Positions 21,723-34,336 of a stretch of DNA of 64,000 bases are shown here, piece after piece; within the stretch, counting starts at the first letter, position 1, and each line of letters begins with the position of its first letter. The notes under the pieces were generated by a model. That model made no database searches and was not told where the DNA came from. It saw nothing but the letters and a program-made list of their open reading frames with translations. Position numbers and translations under genes: made by a program. Origin of the DNA: Calcarisporiella thermophila CBS 279.70 (taxonomy: Eukaryota; Fungi; Calcarisporiellomycota); NCBI RefSeq assembly GCF_041956535.1, contig NW_027192206.1, forward strand, positions 291,149 to 355,148, in the 5' to 3' direction.

Positions 21723-24700
21723 TCAAGCTTGACTAACAAAAATGTGATGTAAAAGCTCGCGTGCGAAAGGACGTTCTTCGTAATTGCTATGAAAAACAAA
21801 AATATCAATGTTTTGTCCAACATTATTGTGTTTATCGTAACCAAAGCTTACATTTTAAATGTCTGCCCTAAGAAATCGCGTGCTTCTTCAGATATTTCTG
21901 GGGGTATCTCCGGGGCCGTGTACGAACCGATTTTGAAAATTGCTTGCATTTGCGTGCAAGTTGGCCAAGGATGCACTCCAGAAAACATTTCGATTACTAG
22001 ACAACCTAGAGACCAGATATCAGCTTTGCATGTATATTGCGTCTGCTTCACTGCCTCTGGTGCCATCCAGAACGCACTGCCTTGAAGTGAAGGTCGGCTC
22101 GCACCAGAAACCGAGATTAGGTCTAGATGATCATATTGAGCTATAGTAAAATTCATGAATCGAACAAAAGTTGACTCTATACATACCGTCTTCCATTTTT
22201 TTGGAAATTCCAAAATCGGATATTTTGACTCTCCCCTTATTATCGACAAGTGTATTCGCGCCTTTTATATCACGGTGAATAATATCACGTTCATGCAGGT
22301 AGTTAAGTCCCTGAAGGATCTGCTTAACAAACGAGCGTACTAAAGGCTCTTCAAAAGGTCCATAGTCAACAAGCAAGCCTGCGACCGATCCACCAGGAAC
22401 GTATTCAAGAAAAATGTATAGATGTGAATCATCGCAACTTGAACCTTTAAGGAAAAAATGTAGTTATCCATGCATCTATATTCTAAGTAAAAATAAAATA
22501 CCTAAATATTGCACAATGTTTTCGTGGTGAAGATGTTGCAATAATGAGATCTCTCGCTGAAGGGCATCAAGCTAACAAAAATAAAAAGATCAGCACACGT
22601 AAAAAAAATTCAGCATTCAAAGAATCAAAAATACAACTAACCATAGATCGTTTTCTTTTTACGCTATTTGAATTAGCATTGGGCAGTTCGACTTGTTTTA
22701 CCGCCATTAATTCCCCACTCAAAGCATTCAGACCCAAAAAAACGTCACTAAATGTGCCTCGACCAATAAGCGCCCCCTTCATCCATTTTAATGGCGCATT
22801 ATTCGAGTGGCTATTCTCTTCAGTTTCCTCTTCGCTTTTATGCTCTGAGGAAATATCAACTAGGGTACTTGCAAGAGAAAGGTTCTTTGGGTTGGTATCG
22901 TTCTTCTTTTCTTCAATAGAATCATTTTCTAGCGATGAAATGCCTTTCCCATCAGGTGATACATCTTCGACAGTTTCTACCAAATCAGGTGGAAGCTGCA
23001 TAGAACCTTCATTCCCTGAAGTGCTCGGGGAGGGTGTATCCATGTTTGCTTTTTGCAAATTTTCCTCCTCTTCTGATTCGCAAACTTTATGCCACACAGT
23101 TGCTTGAGGTTGTGTTGTTTGATTTTCCCCTTCAATTCCAAGGCCATTAAAGAGGGCTGATTTCCGCAAGATTGAGTTGCGATTCGCTTCTTCAAGGATA
23201 TCTTTGCGATGCCCGGGAAAGAATTCAGCCAGATTTGAAGATATAAGCTCACTTGGTGGCCTTTCACCTATAAACGTTGGTCGCAAATGATCGGCCTCAT
23301 CAGCATCTACACTTGTGACATATGCAACTGCACCAGCGTTGTTATTGTTGGATCCGTTATCTGCGGCTCCATCTTCCATTGATAGACCACCATTCGTACC
23401 CGTAGTTCCTCCCTTCACAGCTTCGGATTTTCCTGCATCATTTTTACCCCAACGGAATCCTCCCATCATCCTATTAAGACTGCGAGGCGAAAGTGGCATA
23501 GATGAAGCAGGAGCCGCTTGAACAGGGCTTGAATTAGTATTCGGAGATGGAAGACGACGATACGGGTGAGAATTTGGATAGTTAGCTGAACCCAGGCGTC
23601 TGAATTCGCTATGGGTTACAAAGAGATGCTTCTTGCGCAAGATCAACCGATCACGCTCTGGACGATCTACAGATTTACAAATGTCTACGAGTTCATCTTC
23701 ACGAATAATTCGAGCTATTTCAAATAAAATTGAGTAAACTTTTTGATATATGTAAAAGGGCATTAAGATTGATATTTTACGAGCTCCGGTTTCACTGGAG
23801 TTCACGAAAATAGAATATTTATCTGTCTCATCATCGCAGATGCCGAATTTTCGCAACACTTTTGCAAGGATGGATTTGGCATCACTCACGTCGCTAACAT
23901 TTACTACACGCGTCTGACCGTCATCGCCAATAACTCGGACACAACGCTAAATGTATATAAGTTGCTATCTATGTAAAAGAAAGGTCTTTTATAATTTTGT
24001 CGTACCTGTTTAACAGACTCTAAAGACATTATATCGCCTTCCGCAGAACTCCGCTTAGATTATAGAAGATTCAGATCAAAAGAGAATACAAATATAACAA
24101 TAGCTTTAATTATAACCTTTGTAGCAACACCTTTGGGAGATGTTGGCTCAATTACTGATTGCGCGTTTCCACTTGTATTTGCCTTTCGTTTCGAATCAGA
24201 ACGTGATAGCAAGCGAGTAAGCGAGTGTGATCGATGTACGGAAGGTAATGGCTTTTCTCGCTTTACAGTGGAAGTAGATACAGTAGGACCCGCAGGACGT
24301 GGAGGAAGAGGAGTGGTATTACAATCAGTGGTATCATGAAATGGAATGAGTTTCTGTGAAGGCAAGATGGGGGGAAAAAGTCAATATACTTATACTTATG
24401 ATTGAAATTAAAAATCCCATGTTAAAACCTTTGCATCTGATCTGAGACTAGTGCACTCACGCCTTAGAGACCGTACAGCTGTAAGAATACGCACACGCTC
24501 GCCCACAGTAGGTATTTCCAGTTGTTTCAAAAATGTATAGTCAACATCTAGTAGCACCTTGCCAGTCACTCCATTCTCTACCAAAAAAGAAATAGTAAGT
24601 AAACCATCATGTAATAAATAATCGTTAACTTTCTAACCTATGAAATCTCTGTCTCGTGTTCCAAATCCACGCTCACGCAGCCATTGAGCTACCTGTTCTT

Positions 24701-24845
24701 CTGTCCAATTTCGAACTATTTCTAGTGTAAAGTGAGAGGGAGTGTCAGAGGAAGGAGAAGGTGTAGGCGGTGTGATGGGAGGCGATTGATGAGCATTATA
24801 AACATTTTGATGAGGGAGAAGTGGTGATTTCGGTGTTGGATGCAT
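21723..24845 (-). CDS. STE11: Ste11/Byr2-type MAPKKK (SAM, Ras-association and kinase domains; multi-exon)
   Basis: [22 protein letters not shown] motif, [42 protein letters not shown]. Confidence 0.93.
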
Positions 24846-25370
24846 ATCATTTGACACTAAAGTAAGAGGAAGAGACAAATTGCCTGGAAAAAAAAGCGTG
24901 GAAAAGAATATTATCACCGATTTTGTTGCGCCGCAACAATTTTTTTGAAAACCGAGCTAGATGAAAATTTCTCAAGATTTGTCTGAGCTCTCTGAAATTC
25001 CCCAGCCACAAATTTAATAATGACATAATTGAAGCGCAAGTTATTATCTAATAAGATTTATTACTTTATTGCCTAATACTAGTTATTTTACATTAATTTT
25101 CCATTTGATTAATTTGTTAATGTTTATCCAGCATAGTTTATTTTACCACCAGTATTAGATGATGCATCAAGGGCTCTAGCCGGATCCTGTTTTTACAAGG
25201 CACCTCCACAGCAATATAAATTTGTATTCGAGTCGTAAATAAACTTTTTCATTTTTTACTAATAGCTTACGCTAGGGCCTTTAGTTCAAAGATTTTCACC
25301 GGGTACAATATGAATATAAAGATAATGAAAATGGTCTCTTTATGTTCTCCCTCCAGTTCACAATCCAATT

Positions 25371-28300
25371 TTACTTCCGGGACCTGCTAGCCTTTGCCTT
25401 GTTATTTTGTGGTTTTCCCTTCGTCTTAGTACCAACAAACTTAATATCGTCGCTTGTTTCAAGCTTATTTTTATCGCCTTCCTCCTCTTCTTCTTCTGCC
25501 TCACTTGCTATTAGCTCCTCATCATCAACAAAGGCTTCTTCCATATCTGGAACAAGGGACACTTTTTTATCTTTAGCAATGGCAGTCGCTTCTTGAAGAA
25601 TTGTGGGATGAGCCATTTTGTTGTACCTGATACATAAAGAGCAGATTATCATTAGTGAAAAATTATAAAAAGAAAAATATAATTAGAAACCTTCGCGTAA
25701 ATGCCGTCTTTGCCTTTGATGGTATCTTTTTTAGAACACCCTCCCCCATCATGTGAAGTTCCATTATCGAATCCCAATCCTCTTTGCTTAGATAATATTC
25801 ATCCATCATTTTAATAACCTCGTCAGCACCAGTCTAATAGATATAGGAAAATTTAATACTGATACAATGATAAAATATGACTACGTACCTCTCCATCACG
25901 AATTAAAGGGGTAGTCAATGGCGCTAGCATCATCGGGATATAGGATTGACGCAATTCATTCTTATCTCCGGATATACGCACCCTCATATGGGCTTGAATG
26001 TGCTGGAGAAGACGAAGATATTTTTGGGCTTTAGAGTTCTTGCCTAACCAACTGTTAAATAAATAATGAGTTCAAAATCTCACTTATATATAAATTAACT
26101 TGGATATGTGTTTACCCTGGGAAGTCGTATCTGCCGCCTCCCCCGCCAGCAGCAAAATAAGAAGGTCGTACACAAGAAAAATAAGCATGCACAGGCATCA
26201 GCGACCAATGCTGCTCAGAACTATTTATAGATCGTAAATCCTATATATAATATAACAATTCAAGGCCCTATATAATAACCATACCCTCGCATCAAACGGT
26301 CAATATTATCAGCATCAGATATCGAGTCTGCTGCCCTACTCAATAACTCCAAAACGGATAGTTCCATTTTCTTAGGATGATTTCCGGTGACAAACTCCGC
26401 TGCTCTAGCAGGATGCATTTTAATATAATTCTCCTAAATTACACAGAAAATATGAAATAAAAGCAGACCATAATTGTTATAAAAATATTTACTTGAATCA
26501 TTAGGGGAGCAAGGCTATAATCATGGAAGTAGAGGTCAAGTTTATCAGCAAAGGTCATATCCCTAGCCACAGACTGAGAAAGAAGACCGTTGGCAATTTT
26601 GAAGATATCAAGTTGTGTGTACTTCTCCGCAGATTTGCCACTAAGCGTAATCAAAGCAAACAATTATGTCAAAATTTTACCAGAAAGATCGAGTATATAA
26701 TAACATATACAAGGATTTTGACTCGTCATAATTCATCGATTTAGCGTCAAGCCGATAAGCAGAAAGTAAATTAATCATCTGGCGGATATCGGACTGTGTT
26801 GATGCAGCGAGTTGATCAACTGCATTCGCATCGATTTTAAGTCCCTCGCGAGTTGCAATCATCATAATTCTCGAGCGAATTTGATTCGCCATTGGCCTAA
26901 AATATAATCTTAAATTAATATGTGAAAATAGGATCCGTGAACAAAGTCATAACACCTGTGAAAACGCACATCACCGCAGCTGTTGGCTAACGTACGGATT
27001 TTCGGGGATTGCCTGTCATTACAAATGCATATAATGGGGATCTAAATAAAATAAAATAAATAGTTCATACAAGATATAAGATGCTATAAAGAACAAGTTT
27101 ACCTTTGTTTTTTTGATGAACTGGTTAAGCTGAGCTATTCCACCACGGTCCCCTGCAGACATCCCATCCACTTCATCCATTATCAGAACATGATTCTTGT
27201 TTGTCTGAGAAGTTTCAATCGCCTTTTTCTGGGCATAAAAGCCAATAAGTAAAATAAAGGTTCAACTATCAATCACAAAGTTTTAATAAATACCCCTTTC
27301 TCAGTGCTACTTTTTGGAGCTGAATAGAATTCTGTTACAATTCGGTTGTCGATCAATTCTTTCACAGTATTCTAGGACAAAGGTAAGTCTCTCATTATTA
27401 ATTAGAGTATATAGAATAGAGATACCTCTAAACTTTTCTTATTTCTAGTGTCGCTAGCATTGAGTTCTATTATCTCATACCCATTCAGCCGGGATACCAA
27501 ATGCGCAGCTGTGGTTTTGCCAATTCCAGGTGGTCCAGATATCAAAACTGCTTTATTTTTACTCCAGGTAGATCTGCCATCAGTTTTGAAGCCATTGCTA
27601 TAGCTCTCTTGCCTAATAAAAGTAAAATTTAGAACACATATCAAAATTCAAATAAATAAATAGTGCAAAATATGAGCGCACTAAAAATACTCACCAGTCT
27701 TGTAACCAATAAGATAACTTCTCAATGAGTCCTTTGTTTCCACACAATTCTTGTAGTTTTTGCGGACGATATTTATCGGTCCAGAGTTCAAAAATGCCAA
27801 GACTGAAAAAAAATTATAGTATTCAATTTAAAGACGATTATAATCAAATAACAAGAATTACCGAGTTGCTTCTTCACTTGTTGAGGCAGGGAGAAAGGTC
27901 TGATCAAGTTTTTCCGCCTTTGTCTTTTTGGTTTGCTTAGGTTGGGTGGTTTCAACAGTTTCTTCAGATTTAGCACTTGATGTACGGACAAGTTCGAAAA
28001 ATCCATCTTCATCCAATGTTTTCAGCTTCTTCGCCTTAATTACTTCCAATTTTTTAGGACCAGCATCTCGGCCTATAACCACATAAGATGTCTTGCTACT
28101 TGGCTGGCCAGTGACGCGACTTCAAGAAAGATATATTACTAGACATAAATACTTATTGAAGTACGGTATTACTTACCCTCCATAACGTTTCACAAGATCA
28201 GCTGCATCTTCACGGGTGATTGAACTCAACTCTCCGGTAAACACAAATGTTAACCCCTTATAAAAATTCAGTAAGTACTTATCAAAAACTCTCTAATAAA

Positions 28301-28841
28301 CAATACCTTCAGGCAATTGGGTGCACCCACTGGAATCTCCTTCGAGCCCAGTGCTTCAGGTGGAGCTCGATTTTTAAACATGAAGAATCTGAAAAAAATG
28401 GAAAACAAAATAAATATCAATAAAACCAAAAGTTAATGTAAACCCATACGTGGATTTTTTCTTTCCATCCTTTTCTTGCGCATTGTCTTCATCTAAATCC
28501 TTTTCCGTTGCCTCCTCACGTCTATTGGATTGATTATCCAAACTATCCGTCTTAATTTTCTTTTGTGGATTCGAACTAGTTGCTTTAGCAGAACGTTTCT
28601 TTGTACCAGATCCTTTTGATTTAGTAGCTTTCTTAATATCGCTTGTCTCTTCGAAATAGTCATCGTCATTATCCTCGAAGGCGTCAGGTGAGGGCACAGT
28701 ATCTTGATCCGCCTCCAGATCCATGCTTTCTTGTAAGGGATTTGTTTTACGACCCTTTTTTCCTTTGTCACCACCGAAAAACTCCTGGGGTGATATCAAT
28801 TCCTTTGGCTTGGCCTCTTTCTTTGCTCGCGATTTGCTCAT
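25371..28841 (-). CDS. RFC1: Replication factor C large subunit (multi-exon)
   Basis: BRCT ([17 protein letters not shown]), [34 protein letters not shown]1 C-terminal domain. Confidence 0.96.
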
Positions 28842-28870
28842 GATTTTGAAATTTAAAATCAATTTGAATT

Positions 28871-28900
28871 ATCCCGCGTCAAGAGAAAAAACGCGAAAAA
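28871..28900. promoter_or_regulatory. Two CGCG-core G1/S-type elements (MCB/SCB/E2F-like) upstream of RFC1
   Basis: ATCCCGCGTC and ACGCGAAAAA lie 30-60 nt upstream of the RFC1 ATG in AT-rich sequence. Confidence 0.5.
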
Positions 28901-29120
28901 GATAAATTGTGCCACATTTATTAGATGAATTTTTAAGTATATACAACGTGCTGAATATGCATGTTATGACTGGGAGTCGGAGAGAGGCTATTTCTCGAAT
29001 TATTGTAATAAAATCAGAACAAAGCGAGAATTCAATTGTGTTCTGCTAATCTAATTTTTTTTGGGCCCCCTTATACCTGTAAGATATAAGTTCCTATCCT
29101 AGATACCATCTCCAAGCATC

Positions 29121-29906
29121 ATGTATGCTCTCTATGGCCTCCTAGCTGTAGCTACTTTTGCCAAAACTTTATTTGCTGCGCCAACTGAAAACTTCCAATC
29201 TCACCTTGGAATTATATTACAAGGTCCTGCCATTTCCATACCCACACAAATCCATGAAACAGCTGAGGTTCCTTTCCTCCCTCATGCCGATATAAACTCG
29301 CCTTTCGGTAGCTGGCTCGGTCAAAATATTAATTTTTCCTACATTAAACCGGTTTTTGATCAACTCAACTCAACAGCACAACCGCTCATTTCAAGAGGCG
29401 AGGCTCATATTACGGTTATTACCCCGCCCGAATTCGATAACGTATTGGCTAAAACCAATCTAACTATTGAAGAAATAAATGGAATTGCGGAGCAACTTGA
29501 GATTCAAAAGCAAAATTTCGAGATCCTATGCTTAGGTCGTATTAAGCTATTGACTAAAGAAGGGGAGGTAACTAGACATTTTTTATTTCACACAGGGGAC
29601 TGTTACTAACTTATTATAACAACCAGGATATTGTCTATCAAATTATCGTCAAATCTCCTGGGCTTATTGAGATACGTAAGGAAGTCTTCCAATTATACAT
29701 AAAGAAAGGGGGCGAGGGAGCTCTTTTCGATCCCGAGGTAATTATATTGTGAACTTGTATTTTCTTACTGGCATTTAAGTATTTATCATTACTAGGCGTT
29801 TTGGCCCCATATTACCGTTGGCTTTACACAACGTGATCTTTTCATTGAAAACGACCATGTGTTTAAAGGTGCAAATGTGTGCTGGCGACCGATTTCGGAA
29901 GTCTAA
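29121..29906 (+). CDS. Secreted 2H phosphoesterase-superfamily protein (about 222 aa, 3 exons)
   Basis: Signal peptide MYALYGLLAVATFAKTLFA. Two HxT motifs, GEAHITVITPPEF and FWPHITVGF. Introns 29568-29626 and 29738-29795. Confidence 0.8.
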
Positions 29907-30590
29907 TCGATATTTTAGATATTAAGTCAATGTTGGCTGTTGATTCTCTTATGTATTTAATACCGAAACTATTTATTTGATCTAATGATCGCGAATAAAG
30001 TTAGAAGTTCTCCAAAATAACATTGTACTGCAATAATAGACAGTTAGCTTTTAATTCTTTGCGAATATTTTCCAAACTCTCAATATAAATTAGACCATAG
30101 TGGGTACAGAATTGGGGTGGCCTACGGTTATACATGTTTAAAGCCTAGCTGAATGCATTCAGCTTATGAATCTTAGCACTATAATTGTATGTAATAGAAC
30201 TGGATCGAGTAGAATGTGATACATCCCGTATAATCGTTGAATTAATAATCTGTTAATAGTTAATAGTACAATATAACATAAATTAATATCCTACAATTAT
30301 GAAAAACCATCGTAATACTAAACCTTTCCTTTGAATGCCATCCTATAATACTTATCGTTCTATAAGCACTATAAAATGAAGCTTCAATTTATTTTTCTAT
30401 TACTGTTTGGATCGTTTAAATTTGAAGTAGACTCTTTCCCCTTGGCCAATCATTTTTATTGTGTGCAAGGCATAATCAATCTGTTTAAATATTCTAAATT
30501 GGTAGGTCGAAGTTCTGACCTCTATTTCTTTAAACAAAACAAGGCTCTCTTCTTGGATTAGTGAGCGTGTCAACTTATATAGTGGAAACA

Positions 30591-31709
30591 ATGCACCGAA
30601 TAACGCACCGGATCGCGATGTCTGACGGGCGTTCACTAACTCAAATATTTGGAGCTTTATGGAAAGAAAGAGTAGCCAAATCGCAGCGATCGTCTTTTGC
30701 GACTGTTACTTCAAGTATAAACATTTGATTTCATTTTGCCATTATTTTAAAAAGCTAATCATGTTTTAACAATAGCAAGATTTGCTCCTGCAACGGACAC
30801 TCGGAATGCAACGATAAATTATCAATTGAAATATGCTGACAAACTTAAAATAAAGGCGGAGAGGTGATATAATATTTCCAAGAATATATACTTAAGTAAT
30901 TGACTAAAATGGCTATATATTTCAAGAGAGGGTTGCAAATCGGTTGAAGAATTGAAGCAGAAAACTATCGCGAAGCAGCGGGAGATTCAGAAAACAGCTG
31001 AAGAATTTGCGAGACTTTCAGCACGTGCAGGCTCCGCAGAAGTTGCAAGAAACCCAAATGGCAACGTGAATTTAGAGGCGAAGAAACTCCAAAACGCAAC
31101 CTCTCAAGCTCGGAAAGACCAAGTAATTACCATTTTATTTTCTCTAATTTTTTTTATTGAATAATTAATCTAAATACAACTTTACAGAGCCTTGATCAAA
31201 TTCTTAAACTAGATTTGATTGATAAAGAAGACCCAGACACCATTTCTAATATTTGGATCGAATATCACAAGGAGAAAGATGGACTCACGAGTGTTATTCC
31301 AGCAGAGACTTACGAAACACTTTATTCACGGTCAAAGCAATATCCAATGTTCCTGCTTCCGCTACCACAAGATCAAGGGATCGAATTTTATCTGCTCCAA
31401 TTCCAGTATCACCAATGTTCGTTCACTTCTCTTATAGAATATAAAACACATGGTGAAAATGCGCGCCCCCACCTTACCCTTACACACTATACAGAGCTAA
31501 TGAAATCAAAAGGCATTGTGCTAATGCGTGGTGAGATAAACGAACCTCGCATCCTTAGCTCCGACTCAGCAAGATATCTGGTTTATGCCTTACAGCAGTT
31601 TTACATCACTGGAGGCGAAGAGAAGCTAAATCTCTTGCGTGAATTCCATGAAAGACCTCAGGATTTCAAGCATGAGAAATTGATAGAGGCGATGGATAAA
31701 TTAGCGTAA
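30591..31709 (+). CDS. ATP11: Mitochondrial F1-ATPase assembly factor Atp11 (multi-exon)
   Basis: Presequence; IWIEYHKEK, YPMFLLPLP, FTSLIEYKTHGENARPHLTLTHY, KGIVLMRGE. Confidence 0.93.
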
Positions 31710-32080
31710 TATCCACTAATAAAATAGATGATATTTGTGTATCCTCTTTTGATTTTCACAAATATTCTAAATATATTTCAATTCGATTGTTTATTAGATA
31801 TCCAAAATTCACTGTAAAGTGTGTATAACAGAGTAACAAAATATTTTATGTATGCTCATTATACATTTTTTGTTCCTTTAAATCAGTGATGCAATCACAT
31901 AATTTTGATAGCTTAGATATCATCCCACAAGTGAAAATAGCAATATGAGTTAATTGAGCTATAATGAGGCAGGAACGATAAACGACAGTATTATATCGAA
32001 ATAATCCTCCATTAAATTACAAAATTCCTTCAGACGATGGGGTAAAACCAATTAATTCTTAAAATTTGCTAAGCTATCTC

Positions 32081-33535
32081 TCAATCGCTGTTATCCTCTG
32101 ATTTATATAATACCCTATTTATCATTGAAACTGGTTTCCCACAACGCCGACACTCCCATTCATCGTCGATTGCTAATTTATTCTTAATACACCAGTAGCA
32201 ATATATGTGCCCACAGTTGGTAATATAGGGGTTATGCGCACGACATTCATTTACTCCGCGGTCGGGAGATTCCTCATGACAAATAGCACATATTTGCTCA
32301 GGTAAATTTGTATGCCTGCTAACTGCAGCAAGAGATCGTGGAAAAACACGTCTCGAAAGTTTAACTTTAAGCCGCTCGAGGTTAATTAGCGGCATTATAA
32401 AGAGCAAAAACTCCTAAAATTATAATGGCGTAATTTAGATTTTAAATCCTTCAAAAGACAAGACAATATACTCACGGTAAAAGCATGCCAGACCAGTTGA
32501 CGATTTAAAAACTCGAAGCTAACCTGACGCGTCATGTTTCTCTGAGAATACACCAGTCGCATGGACAGAACTCTGTCAATCAAAGTGCGGAATCTATATA
32601 GACACTAGTAATTAGCGACTCTCAAAATTTCTATATGGTAGTCGCACTTACTTTCCGTTATAAAGAAAGACAAGAAAATTGATTAGTGAAAGAACTCGGA
32701 AAACATTCTCTGCTCTCTGCAAAATTTTCCAGAAAAGTTTTCTAGGGTCACCCTATACACAAAATAATTGCAAAACATAAGCTGGATAAACATTCAATCA
32801 CTTATTTTGGAAGCCAGTAAAATATAAATACATCTGGACATTCACTCCACCCTTTTGAGGTCACCCAGCGAGTGATGCGATTATGAAAATACTGGCCACC
32901 AATCGTTAAAACTCCGTACATAACCCGCTGGAAATGAGTCAAAGGAGATATTTTGGCAGACGTAACTTCTACACACATAATATACATATATACATAAATA
33001 GGGTATTACAAGTTTAGCATGAGACGAAGTGAATCTTACGACTCTCTAAATGCTCTTTCTCATTTCGATAAATAAGATTTTGCAGCATAGATCCATAGGA
33101 AGCCCCGGAGTCATATACAGAGAAACGGTACAATGCTAATTGTAGAAGAGCAACCAGTTCGGGCTCATAGTTTTCTTTAAGGCTTGGCTATCAATAAAGA
33201 AATTAGGATTGAAGATTTAGAAATTTAGAAGTTTTTTTTCTTACTCTAAAAAGTGAAAACATATTCCACATCTGCTCCTTCAATAAGGAGAACAATTCAG
33301 TATCCAAAAGATCTGCATCTAACTGACTAACTCGAAGAATACGTAAATGAGGTGCTTGAAGATTACTTGCAAGCTCTGTGCGAAGTTCGCTCAAACGTTT
33401 TTGTGAATTTGCCCAACCTCGTAACCATAGAGGTGCATGGGCGATTGGAGAAGGATCATAGGTAGAGATCTCACAAGCAGATGGATTGGATGATATATTT
33501 GATGATGTAGAATTATTATATGTTACAGAAGTCAT
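32081..33535 (-). CDS. PEX2: Peroxisomal RING peroxin Pex2 (multi-exon)
   Basis: LRVSQLDADLLD, RQVSFEFLNRQLVWHAFTEFLLF, C-terminal RING CAIC..CGHIYCYWC..CRRC. Confidence 0.93.
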
Positions 33536-34336
33536 GCCTAATTTTTAAAACAAGGAGTGTATGAAAATATAATAAAATAATGTTTTACGTGATTTTTATA
33601 TTATTCACACGTGAGAATTGCAAAATCGAAGATTTTATTTGGTACAATGACTAGCTTCAAATTTTCGATCAGACTTGCAAAATCAGAGGCTAACCACACC
33701 TAAGGCTAAAAATCTTCACGCTCATTTCTGGAATACTCATGATAATTTTCATGGAAGAGCTGGTCAATTTATATGAATAGACACTATCCATGCATTATTT
33801 CTGCGAAAGTGGGGTAATGAAGTCATGTTATATATGCATAACGTTGAAATCCATACGATCGATTGAGTGTAGAAAGGATTTTGAAAAAGCCAGAAAACTG
33901 CACATCGTACAATAGTATCCTAATTGAGTCAACGAATATATCCATTTATTTATTACATTTGGGATTAAGCAATTATAATTTCGTTGCGACAAATGTAGGC
34001 TCTGGACCTCAAAGTTGCGAAATAAATATTCAAACCGTTAGTGCAAATCATACAGTAACATTAACAGCATTTACAAGTAACCTTTTTTCATCTCGCAATA
34101 ATAGTCCTGTATTTCAATTCCAATAACTTCACGAGTCCTGAAGAATATGTTTTTTTATGTAAATTACGTAGGGCTAAGAAATGGTGAAGTTAATTCATAT
34201 CTACATACGACTCTGATTCAAAAGAGAGATTAATTCATTTTCAAAGCCTTGAAATTGATTACGATTTGACATGCAGATTCTCCCGCTTAGTTATAGATTT
34301 CTAGATTAATTCTTACTTTCTTTTGAGTCTTAAATA

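Noticed and set aside
7896-24845. Mating-type locus suggested by a homeodomain gene plus STE11
   Set aside because: Only one HD gene, no divergent HD1/HD2 partner, HMG sex gene, pheromone or receptor; STE11 is 12 kb away behind housekeeping genes.
30147-30164. 18-bp perfect palindrome AGCTGAATGCATTCAGCT
   Set aside because: A single palindrome of this length is plausible by chance in 64 kb; no flanking TE hallmark.
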